NCBI GenBank assembly: GCA_041497675.1
Contig: JBGQGY010000067.1
Span: 1-19,677 of the forward strand
Length of the DNA: 19,677 bases
Source of the DNA: a bacterium
GTDB taxonomy: Bacteria; Sysuimicrobiota; Sysuimicrobiia; Sysuimicrobiales; Humicultoraceae
Direction of reading: 5' to 3'
Shown here: positions 1 to 10,682 of the stretch, piece by piece
How the letters are laid out: every line of letters starts with the position of its first letter
Position numbering within the stretch: the stretch's first letter is position 1
Position numbers and translations under genes: made by a program
The notes under the pieces: model-generated
The model's input: the letters and a program-made list of their open reading frames with translations, nothing else
The model's database searches: none
Told to the model about the DNA's origin: nothing

Positions 1-1911
<1,911 letters not shown>

Positions 1912-1923
1912 AGGTTCACTGGC

Positions 1924-1934
1924 ATTGTAGCACA
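1924..1934 (-). promoter_or_regulatory. putative extended -10 promoter (TGTGCTACAAT) for dnaE
   Basis: Minus strand reads TGTG-C-TACAAT, ending 12 nt before the dnaE ATG; matches the TRTGnTAnnnT extended -10 pattern in a GC-rich background. Confidence 0.55.
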
Positions 1935-1961
1935 GCCGAAATTCGCCGGCCGTGCCGGCGT

Positions 1962-3413
1962 CTACGCACCGGCGCGGCGAAGCGAAACTACGCAGAACAC
2001 GTGGCTGGTCTGCGGCAGCAGGTCGACCGGCTGCACGCTGATCAACCGGTAGCCGGCCTCCTCCCACCGTCGCAGGTCGCGCGCGCAGACGGCCAGGGAG
2101 CGCGCCATGTAGACGACGCGCTGAATCCGCGCCGTGGCCACCGTGCCGATGGTCTCAGACGGCAGCCCCTGCCCCTCGGCGGTCACGACCACGGCTGCGG
2201 GCCGTCGTCCCCGGGCCACGTAGCGATTCAACATCCCCAGGGGATCTCGCGAGAAAAACACAGCGTTGGTGACGCCGTTGGCGGTCGCCGCATCGCGGGC
2301 GTCTCCGATGCCCCGGCGGGTCGGCGTCACGCCTGTGGCCGACCCGGCCTCCTGCGCCATCGCGAGCACGAACAGGGGGTGCGTTGCGGAGAGATCGAAG
2401 GCGGTCTCCTCCGGGCGCAGGGCCGCGGCGCGCTTGACCGCCGCAACCAGGACCGCCGCCCCCGCCGGATGCGGCGGGAACTCGCTCGTCGGCCGTACCT
2501 GCACGCGAAAACCGGCCAGATCGTCCTCAACGTGATCTCGCCCCCACAAGAGGCGCAGCCGGGGACCGAGCAGTTCCAGCGTGGCCTGTGGTTGCACGGT
2601 GTGCAGGATGCCCACCAGACCCGGCACTCGATCGATCATCGCGTGCACCACCGCGGTCGGGTCCGGGAGCACGGAGGCGGTGGATAGGGTGAGCAGGGCC
2701 TCACCGGTGGCGAACGACGCGACGCCCACGATCCCGCGCAGCAGGCCGCGGCCGCTCTCGCGGTCATAGACCCCGAGGTTCAAGGATCGGGCGACGTGGC
2801 GCGCCGCGCGCAGCATTGCCTCGTTGGCCGGATGCTGCACCGGGCACTCGGCGATGTCGAGCACGCGCGGTTCGCCCGAGACATGATAGCCGACCACGGC
2901 GACGCCGTCGCGCTCGCCGAATACCGCCCGCAGCGTGCTGCGGTAGTGCCAGGGATCCGCTCCCACCGTCTCCAGCACGAGGTCGCGCCTCATCGCCGCA
3001 TGCTCTTTCAGGTAGTCCTTGACCAGTCGTGTCTTCAAGCGGCGCTGCGCGTCTGGTACGAGGTGCTGCCACTGGCATCCGCCGCAGCGGCCGAAGTGCT
3101 GGCACCGCGCGCGGACGACGTCGGGGACCTTGCGGATGAGCGCCACAAGGCGGCCCTCTGCCCGGCGGCCCCCCTTCGTCACTTCAACAATGGCTTCTTC
3201 GCCGGGCACCCCAAACGGCACGGACAGCTGCACGACACCCAATCGTGCCACGGCGGCCCCATCAGGGTCGACGGCGGAGAACCTCACCGTCAAACGCTCG
3301 CCCATATGCAGGGTGCCCAGCCCGCCGCGGCGGGGATGACGCGTCGGCGGCTCGGTCTTGGGGATGAGGATGTTGGTGCGTGGGGGCTTGGGCGCGGGGG
3401 TTGGTTGGGTCAC
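1962..3413 (-). CDS. rlmD: RlmD/TrmA-family RNA m5U methyltransferase homolog (TRAM-like domain + Fe-S motif), catalytic motifs degenerate
   Basis: TRAM-like N-terminus (VPFGVPGEEAIVEV), CQHFGRCGGCQWQH plus distal CPVQH, PWHYR, and C-terminal ARDL...GY...VQPVDLLPQTSHV. GTG start overlaps the gatB TGA (GTGA). Symbol is family-level; activity is doubtful (see findings). Confidence 0.85.
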   Translation of the reverse strand: MTQPTPAPKPPRTNILIPKTEPPTRHPRRGGLGTLHMGERLTVRFSAVDPDGAAVARLGVVQLSVPFGVPGEEAIVEVTKGGRRAEGRLVALIRKVPDVVRARCQHFGRCGGCQWQHLVPDAQRRLKTRLVKDYLKEHAAMRRDLVLETVGADPWHYRSTLRAVFGERDGVAVVGYHVSGEPRVLDIAECPVQHPANEAMLRAARHVARSLNLGVYDRESGRGLLRGIVGVASFATGEALLTLSTASVLPDPTAVVHAMIDRVPGLVGILHTVQPQATLELLGPRLRLLWGRDHVEDDLAGFRVQVRPTSEFPPHPAGAAVLVAAVKRAAALRPEETAFDLSATHPLFVLAMAQEAGSATGVTPTRRGIGDARDAATANGVTNAVFFSRDPLGMLNRYVARGRRPAAVVVTAEGQGLPSETIGTVATARIQRVVYMARSLAVCARDLRRWEEAGYRLISVQPVDLLPQTSHVFCVVSLRRAGA

Positions 3414-4870
3414 ACTCCAAGCCTCCGCCGCAGGAGCCGAGTGGCGGTCTCAGGGTTCGCCCGCCCCCCGGTCGCCTTCATGATCTGCCCCATCAAGAAG
3501 CCCATGGCCGCGTTCTTGCCGGCCCTGACGTCGGCCGCGGGCCCGGGGTGATCCGCGACGATCTTATCCACGATGTCACCGAGGGCCGCTTCGTCCCTGA
3601 TCTGCGTGAGACCGCGGGCTTCGACGATAGCGGCCGGGTCTCGGTCCTCGCGGATCGTCTCGACGAGAACCTCTTTGGCGATGCGCCCGCTGATGGTCCC
3701 GTCCTCGATCAGCCGCAGCAGCGACGCCAGGCGCTCGGGTGACAGGCCGAGCTGATCCAGGTCGGCGCCGGTGTCATTCAGATAGCCGGTGACGTCACCC
3801 GTAATCCAGTTGGCCACCGTCTTGGGCTGTGGAAACAGCGCCACCGCGCGTTCGAAGAACGCCGCGACCGAGGGCGCGGTGGTCAGCAGGTCCGCATCGT
3901 ACGCCGACAGCCCGTACGCGGCGACGAACCTGTCCCGCCGGGCGGCGGGGAGTTCGGGCAGCTCCGCCCGCACGCTCTCCAGCCAGTTGTCGTCGACGAC
4001 CAGCGGCACCAGATCGGGCTCGGGGAAGTATCGGTAGTCCTGAGCCTCTTCCTTCGAGCGCGAGCCGAAGGTCACCTCGCGCCGTTCATCCCAGTGGCGG
4101 GTTTCCTGTGCGACGGAGTCGCCCCGGGCCAGCACGGCGCGCTGGCGCTCGACTTCGAACGCCAGGGCGCGCTCGACCGACCGAATCGAGTTCATGTTCT
4201 TGACCTCGGTGCGTGTCCCAAACGGACCGCCGGGCCGCTGCAGCGACACGTTGGCGTCGCAGCGCAGAGTTCCTTCCTCCATCCGGCCGGTGCTCACCTC
4301 CGCGAACTGTAGCAGGCGGCGCAAGGCGGTGAGGAACTCGCGCGCCTCGGCCGGTGCGCGGAGGTCAGGTTGCGTGACGATCTCCATCAAGGGCACGCCC
4401 GACCGGTTGTAGTCGATCAGGCTGCCGCCGTGTTGATCGGGCGAGTGCACCAACCGGCCGGTGTCTTCTTCGAGGTGCACGCGCCGGATACGGATGCGCC
4501 GCTTCTGGCCATCGACGTTGATGTCCAGGTGGCCGTCGGTAGCCAGCGGTGCGTGATCGGCGTATTCGTATTGCGAGATCTGATAGCCTTTTGGAATGTC
4601 CGGATAGAAATAGTTCTTTCGGTGAAACTGGCTGTGCGGGTGCACCCGACACTCCAGCGCCAGGGCCGTCCGCAACCCCAACTCCACCGCGCGCCGGTTC
4701 AGCACCGGCAGCGATCCCGGCAGGCCCAGACACACCGGACAGATCCGCGTGTTCGGCGACGCGCCGAAACTCACCGCGCACCCACAAAACATCTTGGAGA
4801 CCGTCAAGAGCTGGACGTGAATCTCCAGCCCCACAACCGTCTGGTACTCGATCGCCGCTTCTTTGGCCAT
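3410..4870 (-). CDS. gatB: Asp-tRNA(Asn)/Glu-tRNA(Gln) amidotransferase subunit B
   Basis: VGLEIHVQL, CPVCLGLPGSLP, RKNYFYPD, HLEED, DYNRSGVPLMEIV, RCDANVS, EVKNMNS, DYRYFPEPDL, C-terminal YqeY-like GQIMKATGGRANP. Confidence 0.99.
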   Translation of the reverse strand: MAKEAAIEYQTVVGLEIHVQLLTVSKMFCGCAVSFGASPNTRICPVCLGLPGSLPVLNRRAVELGLRTALALECRVHPHSQFHRKNYFYPDIPKGYQISQYEYADHAPLATDGHLDINVDGQKRRIRIRRVHLEEDTGRLVHSPDQHGGSLIDYNRSGVPLMEIVTQPDLRAPAEAREFLTALRRLLQFAEVSTGRMEEGTLRCDANVSLQRPGGPFGTRTEVKNMNSIRSVERALAFEVERQRAVLARGDSVAQETRHWDERREVTFGSRSKEEAQDYRYFPEPDLVPLVVDDNWLESVRAELPELPAARRDRFVAAYGLSAYDADLLTTAPSVAAFFERAVALFPQPKTVANWITGDVTGYLNDTGADLDQLGLSPERLASLLRLIEDGTISGRIAKEVLVETIREDRDPAAIVEARGLTQIRDEAALGDIVDKIVADHPGPAADVRAGKNAAMGFLMGQIMKATGGRANPETATRLLRRRLGV

Positions 4871-4877
4871 CGGCGGT

Positions 4878-6344
4878 TCAGGCCGTGGCCACCGGCGGCC
4901 GCCGGCGGTGCCAGGGTGTCGCCTGTTCGTAGGTGTAGGCCGCGCGGAACAACGTCGACTCGTCGAAGGGCCGCCCGATCAGCTGCATGCCGATCGGCAG
5001 GCCCCGCGCGAACCCACACGGCACCGCCAGCCCGGGCAGACCGGCGAGGTTCACCGGGATCGTAAAGATGTCGGACAGATACATCTGGAGCGGATCTTCG
5101 GCCTTCTCACCGATCGCAAACGGCAGGGTGGGCGCCACCGGCATGACCACGACGTCGACCTTGCGAAAGGCCGCCTCGAAGTCCCTCGCGACCAGCGTCC
5201 GCACACGCTGCGCCTTGAGGTAGTAGGCGTCGTAGTAGCCGGCCGAAAGCGCGTACGTCCCCAGCATGATACGCCGCTTCACCTCATCCCCGAACCCTTG
5301 GCGACGGGTCTCCGCGTACATCTCGTGCAGGTCCTCGGACGGCGCGCGCAACCCGTATTGGACTCCGTCATAGCGCGCCAGGTTCGAGGAGGCTTCCGCC
5401 GGCGCGATCAGGTAGTACGCGGGCAGCGCGGCCTCGATGGTCGGCAGGCTGATGCGCTCGACCTGCCCCCCGTGTGCCGCGAAGACATCGAGCGCGTGCC
5501 GCACCGCCTCGGCCACCGCGGGCTCGACACCCGGACCGACGACCTCGTCGGGCACACCCAGGCGCAGGCCACCGGCGCCCTCCCCGATCGCGGCGATGTA
5601 GTCGGGCACGGGCACGTCCGCCGACGTCGAATCCTGCGGGTCCTTCCCCGCAATGGCGCGCAGCATCAGGGCGCAGTCCGTGACGTCACCGGCCAACGGG
5701 CCGATCTGATCGAGTGAAGAGGCGAATGCCACCAACCCGTATCGCGAGACTCGACCGTAGGTCGGCTTCAATCCCACGATGCCGCAGAACCCCGCGGGCA
5801 GCCTGACCGATCCCCCCGTGTCCGAGCCGAGCGCGAGCGGGACAAACCCCGCCGCGACGGCCGCCGCCGAGCCTCCGCTGGACCCCCCAGGCACCCGCGA
5901 CGGATCCCACGGGTTCCGGGTCGGCCCGAACGCGGAGTACTCTGTTGACGAGCCCATCGCGAATTCATCCAGGTTCGTCTTCCCGATGATGATGGCGCCG
6001 GCTTCTCGCAGCCGTGTGACCACGGTGGCGTCGTACGGGGGCCGCCAGCCTTCCAGGATGCGCGATCCGCAGGTCGTCGGGACGCCGCGCGTGCACATGT
6101 TGTCCTTGATCGCCACCGGCACCCCTGCGAGCGATGGCAGCGTCTCCCTTGCGCCCACCCGAGCGTAGCGCTCATCCCAGACCGCGGCCTCGGCCCGCGC
6201 CTGATCCGCACCCACATAAAGGAAGGCATGCAGGTGGCGGTCGTGCCGGGCGATGTGGTCGAGGGCGGCGTCTACGACGTCAGACGGCCGCAGGCTCTTC
6301 TCGAGATACGCGGCGCGCAACGCGAGTGCGCCGGAGGGGGGCAT
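4878..6344 (-). CDS. gatA: Asp-tRNA(Asn)/Glu-tRNA(Gln) amidotransferase subunit A
   Basis: Amidase signature [60 protein letters not shown]; lies between gatC and gatB. Confidence 0.99.
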   Translation of the reverse strand: MPPSGALALRAAYLEKSLRPSDVVDAALDHIARHDRHLHAFLYVGADQARAEAAVWDERYARVGARETLPSLAGVPVAIKDNMCTRGVPTTCGSRILEGWRPPYDATVVTRLREAGAIIIGKTNLDEFAMGSSTEYSAFGPTRNPWDPSRVPGGSSGGSAAAVAAGFVPLALGSDTGGSVRLPAGFCGIVGLKPTYGRVSRYGLVAFASSLDQIGPLAGDVTDCALMLRAIAGKDPQDSTSADVPVPDYIAAIGEGAGGLRLGVPDEVVGPGVEPAVAEAVRHALDVFAAHGGQVERISLPTIEAALPAYYLIAPAEASSNLARYDGVQYGLRAPSEDLHEMYAETRRQGFGDEVKRRIMLGTYALSAGYYDAYYLKAQRVRTLVARDFEAAFRKVDVVVMPVAPTLPFAIGEKAEDPLQMYLSDIFTIPVNLAGLPGLAVPCGFARGLPIGMQLIGRPFDESTLFRAAYTYEQATPWHRRRPPVATA

Positions 6345-6353
6345 CGGGATTTC

Positions 6354-6653
6354 TTAGCCGCCTTCCAGCACCCGCGGGACGCGGAAGAACCCGTCCTGGT
6401 GCGCGGGAGCCTGGGCGAGGACTTCGTCGCGATCCAGCGACGGAGTGGCAACATCATCACGCAGGACGTTGGTGATCGGGATCACGTGCGATGCCGGCGG
6501 CACGTCGGCCAACGGCAGTGCATTGAGCCGGGCGCAGTGCTCGAGGATCCGCGCGATCTGTTCCGCGAAACGTTCGCGATCCCGCTCGGAGACGGCCAGG
6601 CGGGCCAGATGAGCCATGTGCTCGACGGTCGCGCGATCGTTGACCTGGCTCAT
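6354..6653 (-). CDS. gatC: Asp-tRNA(Asn)/Glu-tRNA(Gln) amidotransferase subunit C
   Basis: VEHMAHLARL...NVLRDD...LAQAP...GFFRVPRV. ATG at 6653 gives a typical 99-aa GatC; the ORF-track start at 6704 is probably too long. Confidence 0.96.
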   Translation of the reverse strand: MSQVNDRATVEHMAHLARLAVSERDRERFAEQIARILEHCARLNALPLADVPPASHVIPITNVLRDDVATPSLDRDEVLAQAPAHQDGFFRVPRVLEGG

Positions 6654-6711
6654 AAGATCAACCGTTGGCGTTTCCCGACGGGAATCCTCCGGTGGCATTC
6701 GCACAATACGA

Positions 6712-6737
6712 AGGCCGGGGCATGTGGGCCCCGGCCT
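6712..6737 (-). terminator. putative terminator/stem-loop between oppF and gatC
   Basis: Perfect 10-bp inverted repeat AGGCCGGGGC-N6-GCCCCGGCCT, followed on the minus strand by only a weak T tract (TCGTATTGT). Confidence 0.5.
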
Positions 6738-6764
6738 CAGGAGAAACCAACTGGTGTGCGAGCG

Positions 6765-7790
6765 CTAAGACGTCGGCGCCTTGAGGACCGCGGACTTGCT
6801 CCGCTGCGACTTGAACGGCTGGATCTCGCAGGCCACAAAGTGTCCGTTGCTCCGGTAGTCCGTGAGCACCTGCTCATTCACCTTGCATGACTCCTGCGCA
6901 TACAGGCAGCGGGTGTGGAAGTTGCACCCCTTCGGCGGGTTGACCGGGCTGGGCACGTCACCAGGCAGGATGATGCGCTCGCGCCGCATCATCGGGTCGG
7001 GGATCGGCACCGCCGACAGCAACGCCTCGGTGTACGGGTGCTGCGGGTTGGCGAACAGCTCCTCGGTGGTGGCGATCTCAGCGATCTTCCCCAGGTACAT
7101 GACGGCGATGCGGTCGCTGATGTGCTTCACGACCGACAGGTCGTGGGCGATGAACAGATAGGTCAGCCCGAACTCTTTCTGGAGCTCCTGCAGGAGGTTC
7201 AAGACCTGCGCCTGGATCGAGACGTCCAGGGCCGAGACCGGCTCGTCGCAGATGATGAGTTTGGGGTTCACCGCGAGCGCGCGGGCAATACCGATCCGCT
7301 GCCGCTGACCGCCGGAAAACTCGTGCGGGTAGCGGTTGGCGTGGTAGGGCGAGAGCCCCACGACTTCCAGCAGTTCCTGAACACGGCGGACCTTTTCCTT
7401 CCCCCGCGCCAGATTGTGAATCTCCAGCGGCTCGCCGATGATGTCGCCGACCGTCATCCGCGGATTCAGCGAGGAGTACGGGTCCTGGAAGATGATCTGC
7501 ATGTTGCGCCGCATCCGGCGCAGCTCTTCCTTGCCCAGCTTGAACACGTTTTGATTCTCGAACTGGACATCGCCGGACGTCGGCTCCATCAATCGCAGGA
7601 TCACCCGGCCGGTCGTCGTCTTGCCGCAGCCCGACTCACCCACCAGCCCGAGCGTCTCGCCCTGCCGGATACTGAACGAGACGTTGTCGACGGCTTTGAC
7701 CGCCCCGACCTGCTTCTGGAAGATGAAGCCCTTGGTAATGGGGAAGTGTTTGACGAGGTTCTTGACATCGAGGATGACCTCTCCGGCCAC
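6765..7790 (-). CDS. oppF: oligopeptide/dipeptide ABC transporter ATP-binding protein (OppF/DppF type)
   Basis: [45 protein letters not shown]-terminal GCNFHTRC...C...C. Confidence 0.95.
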   Translation of the reverse strand: MAGEVILDVKNLVKHFPITKGFIFQKQVGAVKAVDNVSFSIRQGETLGLVGESGCGKTTTGRVILRLMEPTSGDVQFENQNVFKLGKEELRRMRRNMQIIFQDPYSSLNPRMTVGDIIGEPLEIHNLARGKEKVRRVQELLEVVGLSPYHANRYPHEFSGGQRQRIGIARALAVNPKLIICDEPVSALDVSIQAQVLNLLQELQKEFGLTYLFIAHDLSVVKHISDRIAVMYLGKIAEIATTEELFANPQHPYTEALLSAVPIPDPMMRRERIILPGDVPSPVNPPKGCNFHTRCLYAQESCKVNEQVLTDYRSNGHFVACEIQPFKSQRSKSAVLKAPTS

Positions 7791-7802
7791 GATGCGTTCC
7801 TC

Positions 7803-8852
7803 CTACGAAGATCGTGTCGACACGGCCAAGCCTGCCGCGGCGGCGTGCTTCTTCTCTTCTTCGGTGGCGTGCTGCGAGTATAAGAAACACTTCGCGGAAT
7901 GACCCGCCTGGATATCATAGTCCGGCGGATCCTGCTGCACGCAGATCTCCATGGCGAACGGGCAGCGCGGGGCAAACGCGCAGCCCACCGGTAGGTCGAT
8001 GAGGCTGGGCGGCTGTCCCTCGATGGGAATCAGACGCTCCTTGCGCGTGTAGAGCTTCGGGATCGAGCGCAGCAGCCCCCAGGTGTACGGGTGCTTCGGG
8101 TCCTGGAACGTGCGCTTGATGTCCGTGTGCTCGACGGGTTTGCCGGCGTACATGACCACCACGTTGTCGCACATCTCGGCCACGACACCCAGGTTGTGGG
8201 TGATCATGATGACCGCCATGTTGAACTCGCGCTGGAGTTCTTTGACCAGTTCGAGGATCTGCGCCTGAATCGTCACGTCCAAGGCCGTCGTCGGCTCGTC
8301 CGCGAGCAGGATGGACGGGTTGCAGGAGAGCGCCATGGCGATCATGACGCGCTGCCGCATGCCACCGCTGAACTGGTGCGGGTAGTCCCTCACACGCTCG
8401 CGCGCCAGCGGAATCTTCACGCGCTCCAACATCTCAATGGCGCGTTCCCAGGACGCCCTCTTGTCGAGCTTTTGGTGGAGGATGACCGCCTCGGCGATCT
8501 GCTCGCCGATCGTCAGCACGGGGTTGAGCGAGGTCATCGGCTCCTGGAAGATCATCGCGATCCGGTTGCCGCGGATATGCCGCATCGGCTCGTCCTTGAG
8601 GGTGAGGAGGTTCTTGCCCTCAAAGAGCACTTCCCCCTCGACGATTTTGCCGGGAGGCGTGGGGATCAGTCGCAGGATCGACAGCGCGTGGACGCTCTTG
8701 CCGCATCCGGACTCGCCGACGATACCCAGCGTCTCGCCTTTGTGCAGGTCGTAGGACAGGCCGTCGACGGCCTTGACGACGCCCTCATCGGTATAGAAGT
8801 AGGTTTTGAGGTTCCGCACGGACAGCAGCGGCTGCTCGGCCACTCGAGTCAC
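7803..8852 (-). CDS. oppD: oligopeptide/dipeptide ABC transporter ATP-binding protein (OppD/DppD type)
   Basis: [50 protein letters not shown]...C...C; GTG start. Confidence 0.95.
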   Translation of the reverse strand: MTRVAEQPLLSVRNLKTYFYTDEGVVKAVDGLSYDLHKGETLGIVGESGCGKSVHALSILRLIPTPPGKIVEGEVLFEGKNLLTLKDEPMRHIRGNRIAMIFQEPMTSLNPVLTIGEQIAEAVILHQKLDKRASWERAIEMLERVKIPLARERVRDYPHQFSGGMRQRVMIAMALSCNPSILLADEPTTALDVTIQAQILELVKELQREFNMAVIMITHNLGVVAEMCDNVVVMYAGKPVEHTDIKRTFQDPKHPYTWGLLRSIPKLYTRKERLIPIEGQPPSLIDLPVGCAFAPRCPFAMEICVQQDPPDYDIQAGHSAKCFLYSQHATEEEKKHAAAAGLAVSTRSS

Positions 8853-8880
8853 CTCTTCCGGTTTCCCTTCAGGTTCTCCG

Positions 8881-8915
8881 CAGGTTGGTCGAATCCTCTC
8901 CCCCCGGCCAACCCG
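8881..8915 (-). promoter_or_regulatory. imperfect stem-loop downstream of SBP gene
   Basis: Minus-strand CGGGTTGGCCG-N13-CGACCAACCTG forms an 11-bp stem with one G-U pair and one mismatch; no U tract. Confidence 0.35.
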
Positions 8916-8919
8916 CCCC

Positions 8920-9013
8920 CTACTGATCCCCCCACTTCCACTCCCAGGCGTTCCATATAGGGGCCCCGGGTAGGTTCTACTGGTCGCCCCACTTCCACTC
9001 CCAGGCGTTCCAT
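8920..9013. repeat. 37-bp direct repeat (35/37 identical): SBP gene 3' end and an orphan downstream copy
   Basis: 8920-8956 CTACTGATCCCCCCACTTCCACTCCCAGGCGTTCCAT vs 8977-9013 CTACTGGTCGCCCCACTTCCACTCCCAGGCGTTCCAT, separated by 20 nt. Confidence 0.95.
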
Positions 9014-10650
9014 GGGATGTAGTACGAACCCAGCCCCACGGGCTTCACGTTACGCATGGCCTTGGGGTAGGTCGTGAGGTCCAACCGGAAGTACAGCGGC
9101 AGGCTGGGCAGGTCCTCGGCGAAGACCTCCTGCTGCTTCTTGAGCAGCGCGTTCCGCTTCTCGACGTCGAGTTCGGCGATGATCTGCTCCCACATCTTGT
9201 CGTTGTCGGGATTGCGCCACCCGACGCGGTTGTTGCCAGACCACGAGTTGGTGGCTGACGGGACTTCGTTGCTATGGAACCGGTCGGACGGCACATCCTC
9301 TGGCGTAAACAGGCTGGCGTACATGGCCATGTGGGGGAACTGCCGCCGGGTCGTGTAGGTACCGAAGAAGACGGAGGCCGGCCGGTTCTCGATGCGGACG
9401 TCAATGCCGACCTGCCGGAGCTGCTCCTGAATGATCTGCTCGACCTGCTCCCGGATCGAGTTCCCGGCGGTCGTGGAGATGACCATTTCCACCCGCCGTC
9501 CAGTGCTGTCGCGCAACACCCCGTCGGGACCGGGCCGGAAGCCGGCCTCGGTCAGCAACGCGCGCGCCTTTGCGGGGTCGTAGTCGTACTTCTTGACGTT
9601 CGGATTTGCGGCAGGATGACCCGGGGCCATCCACGAGTGCGCCACGGGTTGCCGGCCGCCGGCGCACGAGACCTCGGCGATGGCCTTGCGGTCCAGGGCG
9701 TGGCCGATGGCCTGTCGCACCCGTCTGTCCTTCAGCCAGACGTCGTCGTTGTTGAAGTCGATGCGCTCCCAGACCATGGCCTCGCGGTGGTGGGCCTCCA
9801 CGCGCGGGTTGCGTTGGGCGACCTGCTCCATCTGCAGGCAACTGAAGTTGTTGATGTCGGTGGCGTCCACGCCGCCCGAAATGACGTTGGCCTGCAGGAC
9901 GGTGCTGTCGAGGATAAACCGCAGTGTGATCTTCTTGATAGCCGGCGCGCCGAGCGGCCACTTCTCGTTCGCCTCGAACGACATATGGCTACCGGGAACC
10001 CACTCGGTCATCTTGTACGGGCCCGCGCCCACGGCCAGTCGCCAATATGGATGTGCCTTCAACTGGGCGGGGTTCGCGAGATAAGCCCGCTCGAGGATGT
10101 GGCGCGGCAGCACGTACCTTTGGCCGAACGGCTGGCTGCCGGCGAAGGGCCACAGCTCGTTCCACTGCACGACCATCGTGTAGGGATCGTCGGGGTTGGG
10201 GACCGAAATGTTGTCGACTTTATTCAGGACGAACCGGGCAATGCTGGGCACCTGGGGATTCCGCATCATCCCGTAGGTGAACCGCCAGTCGAGCGCCGTG
10301 ACCTGCTTCCCGTCGTGCCAGGTAAAGCCGCGCTTCAACTTCCAGGTCACCCGCATTTTCTTGTTGGGCAGCACCTGCCAGTCGCCGTCCTTGAGGGTCG
10401 GGAACTTCTCCACCATCAGGGGGATGCGCTGCCACTTATCGTTGAAGGGCGTGATGTCACCAAGCACGATGTTGTGGATGACGCCGGCTGCCGCCATGAC
10501 CCCCATCGGCCCGATGATGTCGGGTTCCTGAGCCATGCCGATCACAACCATGTCACGGCGCTGCTGGGCGTCACCCGCGGACGGCACCAGGGCGAACGCC
10601 AGCGCCGCCACGGTTAGCACCACAGCCGCACGGATCGATACCGCTCTCAT
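8977..10650 (-). CDS. peptide ABC transporter substrate-binding protein (SBP family 5)
   Basis: Start at ATG 10650 with AAGGGGGG RBS and Sec-type signal MRAVSIRAAVVLTVAALAFALVPSAGDA; motifs TWHDGKQVTA, GAGPYK, DRRVRQAI, YDYDPAKARALL, LPLY. The ORF-track start at 10788 overlaps oppC. Confidence 0.95.
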   Translation of the reverse strand: MRAVSIRAAVVLTVAALAFALVPSAGDAQQRRDMVVIGMAQEPDIIGPMGVMAAAGVIHNIVLGDITPFNDKWQRIPLMVEKFPTLKDGDWQVLPNKKMRVTWKLKRGFTWHDGKQVTALDWRFTYGMMRNPQVPSIARFVLNKVDNISVPNPDDPYTMVVQWNELWPFAGSQPFGQRYVLPRHILERAYLANPAQLKAHPYWRLAVGAGPYKMTEWVPGSHMSFEANEKWPLGAPAIKKITLRFILDSTVLQANVISGGVDATDINNFSCLQMEQVAQRNPRVEAHHREAMVWERIDFNNDDVWLKDRRVRQAIGHALDRKAIAEVSCAGGRQPVAHSWMAPGHPAANPNVKKYDYDPAKARALLTEAGFRPGPDGVLRDSTGRRVEMVISTTAGNSIREQVEQIIQEQLRQVGIDVRIENRPASVFFGTYTTRRQFPHMAMYASLFTPEDVPSDRFHSNEVPSATNSWSGNNRVGWRNPDNDKMWEQIIAELDVEKRNALLKKQQEVFAEDLPSLPLYFRLDLTTYPKAMRNVKPVGLGSYYIPWNAWEWKWGDQ

Positions 10651-10682
10651 GTCTGTCCCCCCTTGTGGGTGTGAACCGTTGA

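Noticed and set aside
1962..3413. Calling the RlmD-like gene a pseudogene
   Set aside because: No stop or frameshift, full length, coupled start and retained structural motifs; better treated as an intact but probably inactive homolog.
6765..8000. Cys clusters at the C-termini of OppD and OppF
   Set aside because: Known Fe-S-binding feature of DppD/OppD-type ATPases; not novel.
8849..8956. 35-aa minus-strand ORF starting at the ATG in the orphan repeat, with its TGA overlapping the oppD GTG
   Set aside because: No RBS, low-complexity Gly-rich product read out of frame from the repeat; probably chance, though ribosome profiling could test it.
8920..9013. CRISPR mini-array or DGR template/variable repeat pair
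   Set aside because: Only two units, one of them coding; the differences are synonymous and not at adenines on the coding strand; no cas or reverse transcriptase gene in the window.
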